From assembly GCA_963665465.1 (NCBI GenBank), contig OY762226.1, forward strand, positions 4,741,177 to 4,805,176: DNA of 64,000 nt, written 5' to 3'. A program made the position numbers and the translations under genes. Shown one piece after another: positions 54,927 to 64,000 of this stretch. Position 1 is the first letter of the stretch; each line of letters starts with the position of its first letter. The stretch comes from Vicinamibacterales bacterium (GTDB lineage: Bacteria > Acidobacteriota > Vicinamibacteria > Vicinamibacterales > UBA8438). Under the pieces are notes generated by a model that searched no databases, was not told the DNA's origin, and worked only from the letters and a program-made list of their open reading frames with translations.

Positions 54927-55610
54927 TCAGGGCCGTGCGCCGGCCAGCGGCTCGTTGAGGAAGGCGATGAACGGCGCCAGGCGCTCGAACTGGCGCAGGA
55001 GCGAGCTGTAGAAGCGGGGGCCGGTCGCGAACTCCGCGGGATGCTGCCGGCCGACCAGGAACTGCTTCAGCTTCAGGTACTCCGCGGCCGGATGGTCCTT
55101 CGGGAAGGCCAGCGGGACGCGCTTGAGGCGCTCGCCGCTGATCTCGCCGAAGCCGCGGCGGAAGGCAGGCGACTCGACGATGCCCCGCAGACGCTCGAAG
55201 TTGGCCGCCACGTGCTCGCGCAGGCGGTAGAGCTGCCTCGGCTCGGGCGCGTAGATGCCGCCGCCGACCAGCGTGTGGTCCCGGGCCACGTGGAGGTACA
55301 TGCCGGCCCCGCCGTGCTTCGTCAGCGCCCGATGGGGAAAGACGGCGGCCACGTGCGTCTTGAGCGGGCTCTTGTCGGCGGAGAAGCGCGTATCGCGGTA
55401 GACGCGGTACATCGACACCTTCGGCGCGGCGACGAGGTCCGGGGCAAACCGCGGCAGGTCCGCCGCGAGCTGATCGATGACGTCGATCATCGGCTGCCGC
55501 ACGCAGCGTTCGTAGTCCGCCTTGCGGGCGCGGAACCATTCGCGATCGTTGTTCTCCGCGAGTGCGTGCAGGAACGCCAACGTGTCGTCGGTGAAGCGCG
55601 GCGCCGGCAT
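54927..55610 (-). CDS. DUF2461 (TIGR02453) family protein
   Basis: Reads FTDDTLAFLHALAENNDREWFRARKADYE...MYRVYRDTRFSADKSPLKTH...GGGIYAPEP. Confidence 0.7.
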   Translation of the reverse strand: MPAPRFTDDTLAFLHALAENNDREWFRARKADYERCVRQPMIDVIDQLAADLPRFAPDLVAAPKVSMYRVYRDTRFSADKSPLKTHVAAVFPHRALTKHGGAGMYLHVARDHTLVGGGIYAPEPRQLYRLREHVAANFERLRGIVESPAFRRGFGEISGERLKRVPLAFPKDHPAAEYLKLKQFLVGRQHPAEFATGPRFYSSLLRQFERLAPFIAFLNEPLAGARP

Positions 55611-55676
55611 GTGGCGATGTCCTCCGAGGCGCGTGCAGTATAGCAGCGGAGCAGGATTGGCAGGCCGTGCCGGGCG

Positions 55677-56084
55677 TCACTCCGCGGCAGCCGGCGGCGC
55701 GGCGACGAGGCGCACGCGCGGAGCCAGCGCCCAGTCGAAGCGGTCGAGCCCCGTGCGGCCCAGCGCCTCCACGGCCGTGAGAACACGGGCGGCCTGGACC
55801 AGCAGGTCGGCCACGTCGACCGACTGGCAGCAGGGCGCGAAGGGCCGCAGGTACATGGTTCCCCGGCAAAGCATGTAGACGGCGCCGTGGTGGTTGCGGT
55901 TGCGGACGTGGTGCATCGCCACGCCGATCTGGAGGATGCCCTGGTACAGGCGCCGGACCTCGCGCCGCTCCGCCCGCCACAATTCCTCGAGCGTCTCGTG
56001 CTGCTCGAACCAGGCGCCGCGGTTGAATTCGTCGATTCCCTGCCGCAGCAGCCGGGGCGGGCCCTCGCGGCACTCCGGACGCAT
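55677..56084 (-). CDS. DUF309-domain protein
   Basis: Reads GIDEFNRGAWFEQHETLEELWRAERREVRRLYQGILQIGVAMHHVRNRN. Confidence 0.65.
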   Translation of the reverse strand: MRPECREGPPRLLRQGIDEFNRGAWFEQHETLEELWRAERREVRRLYQGILQIGVAMHHVRNRNHHGAVYMLCRGTMYLRPFAPCCQSVDVADLLVQAARVLTAVEALGRTGLDRFDWALAPRVRLVAAPPAAAE

Positions 56085-56106
56085 CGCCTGGGATTATAGG
56101 CAGGCC

Positions 56107-56213
56107 AGCGGACGCCGCAAGGCGCGCACGGCGCGCCTCGGCGGGAGCGGCGCGGGGCGCAGGGGTCCCCGCAAGCGGACGCCGGGGGTTCGGGGCGTAG
56201 CCCCGTCTGAATG
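56107..56213 (+). repeat. Dispersed GC-rich repeat, full unit
   Basis: Contains both modules (the aaggcgcgcacggcgcgcct hairpin and ggggtccccgcaagcggacgccgggggttcggggcgtagccccgtctgaatgaag). It ends 36 nt before ATG 56249. Confidence 0.8.
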
Positions 56214-56248
56214 AAGCCAGGCCAGCTATAATCCGATCCGGCTGCCGG

Positions 56249-56917
56249 ATGCGCCACCTCTTCTACCTGCACGGCTTCGCGTCGTCGCCGCGGTCCGGCA
56301 AGGCCCGCTACCTCGCAGGCCGACTGGCCGCGCGCGGCCTCACCCTGCACTGTCCCGACCTCAACGAGCCCGATTTCGCGCGGTTGACGACGACCCGGAT
56401 GCTGCGGCAGGTCGCCGATCGGCTGCGGCGGCTGCCGGAGGCCCCGGTTGTCCTGATCGGCTCGAGCCTGGGCGCGTTCGTGGCCCTGCACCTCGCGGAG
56501 CGGGCCGCCGCGGAGGCGCCGGCGCATCCGGTCGAGAAGCTCGTGCTGCTGGCGCCCGCCTTCGACTTCGGCAGGGCGGGCATGCCGGCGCTCGGGGCGG
56601 CGGGGCTCGCGCGCTGGCGGCAGGACGGCTGGCTGGAGATGCTGCACCATGCGTACGGCGAGCCGCGCCGGGTGCACTACGCGCTGTACGACGATGCGGG
56701 CCGCTACGATTCGTTCGCGGTCCGCACGACCGTGCCCACGCTCGTCTGCCACGGGCGGCGCGACGAGGTGGTCGACCCGGCGATGGTCCAGCGGTTCGCG
56801 GCCGGCAGGCCGCACGTGCGGCTGGTGATGCTCGACGACGACCATCAGCTCGGCGGCAGCCTCGAGCGCCTGTGGACGGAGACCGCGGCCTTTCTCGGGC
56901 TGGACGGCCGCTCATGA
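56249..56917 (+). CDS. YqiA/YcfP-like alpha/beta-hydrolase (esterase)
   Basis: Reads MRHLFYLHGFASSPRSGKA...VVLIGSSLGAF...CHGRRDEVV. Confidence 0.65.
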   Translation: MRHLFYLHGFASSPRSGKARYLAGRLAARGLTLHCPDLNEPDFARLTTTRMLRQVADRLRRLPEAPVVLIGSSLGAFVALHLAERAAAEAPAHPVEKLVLLAPAFDFGRAGMPALGAAGLARWRQDGWLEMLHHAYGEPRRVHYALYDDAGRYDSFAVRTTVPTLVCHGRRDEVVDPAMVQRFAAGRPHVRLVMLDDDHQLGGSLERLWTETAAFLGLDGRS

Positions 56918-57690
56918 GCTCCCCGTTCGTCTCCATCATCGTGCCGGTGCTGCACGACGGGCCGGAGCTCGCGCGCCTGCTCGACGCCCTGGCCGCCCAG
57001 CGCCTGGGCGGGAACGGGCGCGGCGACGCCCGCTGCGAGGTGATCGTCGTCAACGGCGACGGCGAGGATCCCGGCGTCGCGGCGCTGCGCCGGCGATCCA
57101 CGGGCGTGCGCTGGGTCACCAGCGAGCCGGGCCGCGGGCGCCAGATGAACGCGGGGGCGCGGATCGCGCGGGGCGACTGGCTGCTCTTCCTCCATGCCGA
57201 CACCTGTCCCGAGCCGGGCTGGCCGGCCGCGCTGGGACGCATCGCGCGCGATGCGGACGCCGTCGGCGGGGCGCTGCGGTTCACGTTGCGCTCCGCGGCG
57301 CGGCGGGCCCGGCTGCTGGAGCACGGCGTGGCGTGGCGGGTGCGCTGGCTGGGGCTGCCGTACGGCGATCAGGGGATCTTCGTGCGGCGCGACGTCTTCG
57401 AGCAGGTGGGCGGCTACCGCCCGCTGCCGCTCATGGAGGACGTCGATCTGGTCCGCCGCGTGGGGCGCCGGGGACGAATGGTCTATCCGCGCGCGCCGAT
57501 CCGCGTGTCGCCCCGCCGCTGGGAGCGCGACGGCTGGGTGCGCCGGACCGCGGGCAACCTGCTGATCCTCGCGCTCTATGCCCTCGGCATTGCGCCGGAG
57601 CGGCTGGCACGCGTTTACTACGGAGGCTCCGGCCGGCGTCCGGGCCGGGACGCCAGCCGTCCGGGAGCCGGCGTATCGTGCCCTGGCTGA
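56914..57690 (+). CDS. Family-2 glycosyltransferase, TIGR04283-like
   Basis: Real part of ORF 56872-57690. ATG 56914 overlaps the upstream stop (ATGA). Motifs: VSIIVPVLHD, GRGRQMNAGA, GDWLLFLHADT, LPYGDQGIFVRRDVFEQVGGYRPLPLMEDVDLVRR, SPRRWERDG. Confidence 0.7.
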   Translation: MSSPFVSIIVPVLHDGPELARLLDALAAQRLGGNGRGDARCEVIVVNGDGEDPGVAALRRRSTGVRWVTSEPGRGRQMNAGARIARGDWLLFLHADTCPEPGWPAALGRIARDADAVGGALRFTLRSAARRARLLEHGVAWRVRWLGLPYGDQGIFVRRDVFEQVGGYRPLPLMEDVDLVRRVGRRGRMVYPRAPIRVSPRRWERDGWVRRTAGNLLILALYALGIAPERLARVYYGGSGRRPGRDASRPGAGVSCPG

Positions 57691-59012
57691 TCCCGGCCTG
57701 CGGCGCGCTGCAGCTCCTGCTCCTGGTCGGCCTGTCCCGTTGCGACGCGCGCGAGGCGGCGCTGCCGCTGCTGTGGCTCATGGGCGGCGCCGCGGTCACG
57801 TACAGCGCAACGCTCGTCCTCCTCGCCCGGCGCCCGCACGGCTCGGCCGGGCAGCTCGCAGGCTGCCTCGTGCTCGCGGTCGTGTGGCGCGTGGTGCTCG
57901 CTGCCGGTCCGCCGCTGGCCTCCGACGACGTGTACCGCTACATCTGGGACGGGCGGGTCCAGCAGCACGGCTACAGTCCGTACGCCGCGGTACCCGACGA
58001 TCCCGGGCTGGCGGACCTGCACACCGGGCTGACGCGCCGCATCGATCCCGCCAGCGCGGCCCTGCCCACGGTCTACCCGCCGGCCGCGCAATGGTTCTTC
58101 CGGGCGGTCACCACGGTGGACGAGTCGGTGATGGCGCTCGTGGCCGCCGTGGTGGTCTGCGACCTGCTGACCATGCTCGTCCTGTGGCGCTGGCTCGTCG
58201 CCATGCGCAGGAGTCCGTGGTGGGTGCTGGCCTACGCCTGGCACCCGCTGGTCGCGCTGGAAGGCGCGGGAGGCGGGCACGTCGACCTGGTCGGCACGCT
58301 GTTCGTGGTGACGGCGGCGTACGCGCTCCATGCGCGGCGCACGCTGATCGCCTCGACGGCGCTGGCCGTGGCGTTCTGCGTCAAGTTCCTGCCCCTGGTT
58401 CTCGCGCCGCTGCTGTGGCGCCGCGTGCGGCCGCGCGACGCGCTGGCCGCCGCCGGGACGATTCTGCTGCTGTATCTGCCGTTCACGGACGGCGCGTGGC
58501 TGCCGCCGCTCGGCTCGCTGACCGTCTACGCGGCGCAGTGGCGCTTCAACGGGCCGCTGTTCGCGTGGCTGGAGGCCGGGCTCGGCGTGGCCGGCGCCGT
58601 GGCCGTGACCATCGGGGCCGGCCTGGGCGTGGCCGTCCTGGCGCGGTTGCGCCTCGCACGGGACGCGCCGGAGGCCTGGGCGTGGCCGCTGGCCGCGACG
58701 CTCCTGTTCATGCCAACCGTCTACCCCTGGTATCTCGTCTGGCTGGTGCCGTTCTTCACGTCGCCGCGGACGTGGCCGCTCGTGCCGTGGAGCCTGGCCG
58801 TCGTCCTGACCTACATCGTGTGGGATGCGCGCGCGGCCGGCGCCGGCTGGGTGCTGCCCGCATGGGTGGAGCCGGTCGAGTTCGGGCTGCTGATCGGCGC
58901 GGGACTGCTGGTCTGGCTCGCCGTCCGCCGCCGGCCCCCCGGTGCCGGCGGCCGTTCAGGGGCGGTGGCGCCCGCTCAGGGCGCCCAGGCGCCCGCTCGG
59001 CAGAAACTGTGA
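57678..59012 (+). CDS. Polytopic membrane glycosyltransferase (DUF2029/GT87-like)
   Basis: Real part of ORF 57333-59012. GTG at 57678. SDDVYRYIWDGRVQQHGYSPY is followed by at least 9 hydrophobic segments. Confidence 0.6.
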   Translation: MPWLIPACGALQLLLLVGLSRCDAREAALPLLWLMGGAAVTYSATLVLLARRPHGSAGQLAGCLVLAVVWRVVLAAGPPLASDDVYRYIWDGRVQQHGYSPYAAVPDDPGLADLHTGLTRRIDPASAALPTVYPPAAQWFFRAVTTVDESVMALVAAVVVCDLLTMLVLWRWLVAMRRSPWWVLAYAWHPLVALEGAGGGHVDLVGTLFVVTAAYALHARRTLIASTALAVAFCVKFLPLVLAPLLWRRVRPRDALAAAGTILLLYLPFTDGAWLPPLGSLTVYAAQWRFNGPLFAWLEAGLGVAGAVAVTIGAGLGVAVLARLRLARDAPEAWAWPLAATLLFMPTVYPWYLVWLVPFFTSPRTWPLVPWSLAVVLTYIVWDARAAGAGWVLPAWVEPVEFGLLIGAGLLVWLAVRRRPPGAGGRSGAVAPAQGAQAPARQKL

Positions 59013-59096
59013 GCGTTTGCGGCCGATCCCGACTATCCTGGCGGCCGTGAATGTCTGGCTGCGGGACGGTTGTCCCGCATGCCGCAAGGAGTCGAG

Positions 59097-61187
<2,091 letters not shown>

Positions 61188-61193
61188 CGCGAT

Positions 61194-61219
61194 CGCCCCC
61201 CGGCTCTCGCCGGGGGGCG
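61194..61219 (+). terminator. Strong GC hairpin after the radical SAM gene (terminator candidate)
   Basis: cgccccccggc-tctc-gccggggggcg forms an 11-bp stem. A ctgtttt run follows only after a 12-nt gap, so this is not a textbook intrinsic terminator. Confidence 0.45.
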
Positions 61220-61266
61220 GCCACCCCCCTGTTTTGCCTGCCGCAGGTCCGAACCCATCTCCCGCC

Positions 61267-63951
61267 GTGCGTCGAGGCGCGGCGTGGCGCCTGCTCCTGG
61301 CGCTGGCCGTCCTCGCGCCCGCATGGACCGCGCTCGAGTCCGCCGCGCTCGGCGCGCCGCAGGACGCCCCCGCGCAGCAGCAGGCCGAGCCGCAGACGGA
61401 CGCCCTGATCGAGGAGCTCGGCCACGCGCTGGGGATGACGCCGGCGGAGGTCGAGGCGCTGGGCCTGTCGCCTGCCGAGATGGAGGGCCTGCTCGCCGGG
61501 TTCACGGAGGAGACGGTGGTCGTCGGCACCCGCGCGCGGCCCCGCAGCGCGACCTCGTCGGCGGTCCCGGTGGACGTGCTGTCGGCCACGGATCTCATCA
61601 GGCAGGGGGCGGGCGACCTGAAGGAGCAGCTCCGCACGGTCGTTCCCTCGTTCAATACCAATACCCAGCCGATCCAGGGGGCCTCGACGGTGGTGCGCCC
61701 CGCCATGCTCCGCAACCTGGCGCCGGACCACACGCTGGTCCTCATCAACGGCAAGCGCCGCCACCGTTCTTCGGTCCTCGAGTGGCACGGCGGGAACGGC
61801 GTGGCCTACGGCTCGCAGGGTCCGGACATTTCCGTCATTCCGTCGATCGCCCTCCGCCAGGTGGAGGTGCTGCGGGACGGCGCGGCGGCGCAGTACGGCT
61901 CCGACGCGATCGCCGGCGTGATGAACTTCCAGCTCAAGGACGCCGCGTCGGGCGGCTCCGTCGAGCTCAACACCGGCATGTACGGGGCGGGCGACGGGGA
62001 AGGCTTCCAGGTGGCCGGCAACGTGGGCCTGCCGATCGGCGCGGCCGGGTTCGCCAACCTCAGCCTGGAGTACGGCAGCGCCAATCCGACGGACCGGACC
62101 GCACCGCGCAACGACGCCGTCGCGCTCATCGCGGCCGGCAACACGCACGTCCGCTCCGAGCATCCGCAACGCTGGGGCGACCCGGACATCGACGACGACC
62201 TGAAGGTGTTCGGCAACTTCGGCTACACGCTGCCCACCGGCGTTGAGCTCTACGCCCACACGAACTACGCCAGCAAGGCGGTGACCCAGAGCTTCTTCTT
62301 CCGGAACCCGAACACGCGGCTTGGCGTCTTCAGCATCGACAGCGGGCGCACGCTGCTCGTCGGCGACGCGCTGGCGGCGGCCGGCCGCGGCTCGGCCAGC
62401 TGCCCGACGGTGGCCGTGACCGACCACGTGCCCGACCCGGTCGCGCTGCAGCAGGTGTTCGACGACCCCAACTGCTTCTCGTTCCAGGAGGTCTTCCCGG
62501 GCGGCTTCACGCCCCAGATGGGTGGCACGGCGGCGGACGCGTCGCTCGTCGGCGGCGTCCGCGGTCTGACATCCGGCGGCTTCAACTGGGACCTGAGCGG
62601 CTCGCTCGGCATGCACTGGAGCGAGCTGTTCATCCACGACACCGTCAATGCGTCGCTCGGGCCCGCCTCGCCCACCTCGTTCGACGTCGGCACGAACCGC
62701 CAGCGGGAGCTCAACCTGCACTTCGACGTGTCGTACGCCGTCACCGACAGGGTCAACCTGGCCGCCGGCGCGGAATGGCGCGAGGAGCAGTTCCAGACCA
62801 GGCAGGGCGACCGCGAGGGGTGGCTGGTCGGTCCCTACGCGCGGCAGCTCTTCATGCCCGGCGCCAACGGCTTCTTCGCCTACGGACCGCGGCACGCGGG
62901 CACGTGGAGCCGCCAGAACGTGGCGGCCTACGGCGACCTCGAGGTGACCGACCCCGACGACGCGTGGACCGTGGGCGCGGCGGTCCGCGTCGAGAACTTC
63001 GAGGACTTCGGGACGACGGCGAACGGCAAGCTGTCCGGCCGCTTCCGCTTCGTGCGGGGCGGCGTGAGCACCGGGTTCCGCGCGCCGACGCCCGGCCAGC
63101 AGAACGGCTTCAACATCTCGAGCTGGTTCGACCCGACGGTCGGCGATCTGATCAACAACGCCGTCATTCCGTCGATCTCGGCGGCGGCGCAGCTGCGCGG
63201 CGGCCAGCCGCTGGCGCCGGAGGAATCGGTCAACTACACCGCCGGCGTGGTGTTCGACACCGGCCCGTTCACGCTAACGGCCGACTACTTTCGCATCGAC
63301 GTGTCCGACCGCATCGGGATCACGAGCAACTTCTTCCTGAGCGATGCCGAGATCGCGGGCCTGGTAGCGGGGGGATTCGAGGCCGCGGAGGCCGTGCGGA
63401 ACTTCCGGTTCTTCACGAACGCGTTCGCAACGAGGTCGCAGGGCATCGACGTCGTCTCGACCTACACGCCGCTCGCACTGCGCGGGAACACCGTCATCAG
63501 CGGCGTCTTCAACCACACCGACACCCGGGTGACCGACAACGCCAAGGGCCTGCTCGACGGCCGGCGGCTCGCGGAGTATGCGTACGCGCTGCCGCGGACC
63601 CGCTGGAACGTCGGCGTCACGCAGCGCCTCGGACCGCGGACGAGCCTGCTCGGCCGCGTCAGCTACTACAGCGGCTGGTACGATTACGACAGCGGGCACG
63701 GCGAGGTCTTCGCGCTCTCCGGTGGCCTGCCCCAGGGCTTCTTCGCCGGCCGGCCGATCGTCGACGTGGAGCTGAGCTTCGACCTCGGGCAGGGCACGAC
63801 GCTGGCCGTCGGCGGGCAGAACGTCGCCAACACGTACTCGCAGGAGTCCGTGCTCGCGAACTGGGTCGGCGAGCGCTACAGCGAGTACACGCCGTGGGGC
63901 TACAGCGGCGCGTACTACTACGTGCGGATGGGCTACGGCTGGGGCGGGTGA
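61267..63951 (+). CDS. TonB-dependent outer-membrane receptor
   Basis: ORF 61234-63951 (TTG); GTG 61267 precedes a signal peptide. Plug motifs: VVVGTRARPRS...VPVDVLSA, LINGKRR, IEVLRDGAAAQYGSDAIAGVMNF. The C-terminus is beta-barrel-like. Confidence 0.85.
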   Translation: MRRGAAWRLLLALAVLAPAWTALESAALGAPQDAPAQQQAEPQTDALIEELGHALGMTPAEVEALGLSPAEMEGLLAGFTEETVVVGTRARPRSATSSAVPVDVLSATDLIRQGAGDLKEQLRTVVPSFNTNTQPIQGASTVVRPAMLRNLAPDHTLVLINGKRRHRSSVLEWHGGNGVAYGSQGPDISVIPSIALRQVEVLRDGAAAQYGSDAIAGVMNFQLKDAASGGSVELNTGMYGAGDGEGFQVAGNVGLPIGAAGFANLSLEYGSANPTDRTAPRNDAVALIAAGNTHVRSEHPQRWGDPDIDDDLKVFGNFGYTLPTGVELYAHTNYASKAVTQSFFFRNPNTRLGVFSIDSGRTLLVGDALAAAGRGSASCPTVAVTDHVPDPVALQQVFDDPNCFSFQEVFPGGFTPQMGGTAADASLVGGVRGLTSGGFNWDLSGSLGMHWSELFIHDTVNASLGPASPTSFDVGTNRQRELNLHFDVSYAVTDRVNLAAGAEWREEQFQTRQGDREGWLVGPYARQLFMPGANGFFAYGPRHAGTWSRQNVAAYGDLEVTDPDDAWTVGAAVRVENFEDFGTTANGKLSGRFRFVRGGVSTGFRAPTPGQQNGFNISSWFDPTVGDLINNAVIPSISAAAQLRGGQPLAPEESVNYTAGVVFDTGPFTLTADYFRIDVSDRIGITSNFFLSDAEIAGLVAGGFEAAEAVRNFRFFTNAFATRSQGIDVVSTYTPLALRGNTVISGVFNHTDTRVTDNAKGLLDGRRLAEYAYALPRTRWNVGVTQRLGPRTSLLGRVSYYSGWYDYDSGHGEVFALSGGLPQGFFAGRPIVDVELSFDLGQGTTLAVGGQNVANTYSQESVLANWVGERYSEYTPWGYSGAYYYVRMGYGWGG

Positions 63952-63979
63952 CGCGCAGCGATTCGGAAGGAGACGGAAT

Positions 63980-64000
63980 ATGAAGCGGCAAGTACTCATG
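63980..64000 (+). CDS. 5' end of a further gene (only 7 codons in the window)
   Basis: GGAAGGAGA lies 7 nt upstream of ATG 63980 (MKRQVLM...). No product call is possible. Confidence 0.3.

Noticed and set aside
61188-61266. Riboswitch or leader upstream of the TonB-dependent receptor
   Set aside because: Only ~80 nt are available, and the single strong hairpin is better explained as the terminator of the preceding radical SAM gene. I recognised no conserved riboswitch core, such as a B12 box.

Overview
Gene-dense, high-GC bacterial chromosomal segment. Most 60-nt lines I counted by hand are about 65-80% G+C. The sequence gives about 50 protein genes on both strands and no rRNA, tRNA or CRISPR. 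Many long ORFs in the track are Arg/Ala/Gly/Pro-rich antisense or off-frame shadows of real genes, which is typical of high-GC DNA. The gene content suggests a soil Acidobacteriota- or Gemmatimonadota-like organism; this is inference only. That content includes repeated DUF1592/DUF1552 pairs, many exported c-type haem proteins, an FG-GAP/ASPIC protein, Ppx next to CHAD, and a large Tes-like radical SAM enzyme.

Main observations:
1. Two genes carry an in-frame TGA followed 10-14 nt later by a near-identical 17-nt hairpin. One is a redoxin with the TGA exactly at the first Cys of its CxxC motif. The other is an FG-GAP/ASPIC-thioredoxin-TPR protein. Both are candidate selenocysteine recoding sites.
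2. A tightly coupled non-canonical Hsp70 module at 9.0-14.9 kb: a 925-aa helical protein, a minimal J-domain protein without an intact HPD motif, a GrpE-like protein, an Hsp70 and a zinc-ribbon protein.
3. Two paralogous DUF1592-DUF1552-ankyrin triads in mirror-image orientation around a haem/beta-propeller gene (22-35 kb). A third DUF1592 copy is cut by the left edge of the window.
4. A GC-rich hairpin-forming repeat family. It forms a 4-copy, 115-bp-period tandem array at 43.5-43.9 kb and at least five dispersed intergenic copies.
5. A lower-GC accessory patch at 48.4-53.1 kb. It holds an AAA-ATPase plus DUF3226/Toprim-like pair (AbiL/PARIS/OLD-like), an HsdR_N nuclease-domain protein, a decayed duplicate of the 5' end of the nearby MFS gene, a truncated Uma2 gene and a vapBC module.
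6. An esterase-GT2-GT87-radical SAM (Tes/GDGT-MAS-like) cluster that could act on membrane lipids.

All family assignments come from motifs read in the translations and recalled family signatures. No database search was run.
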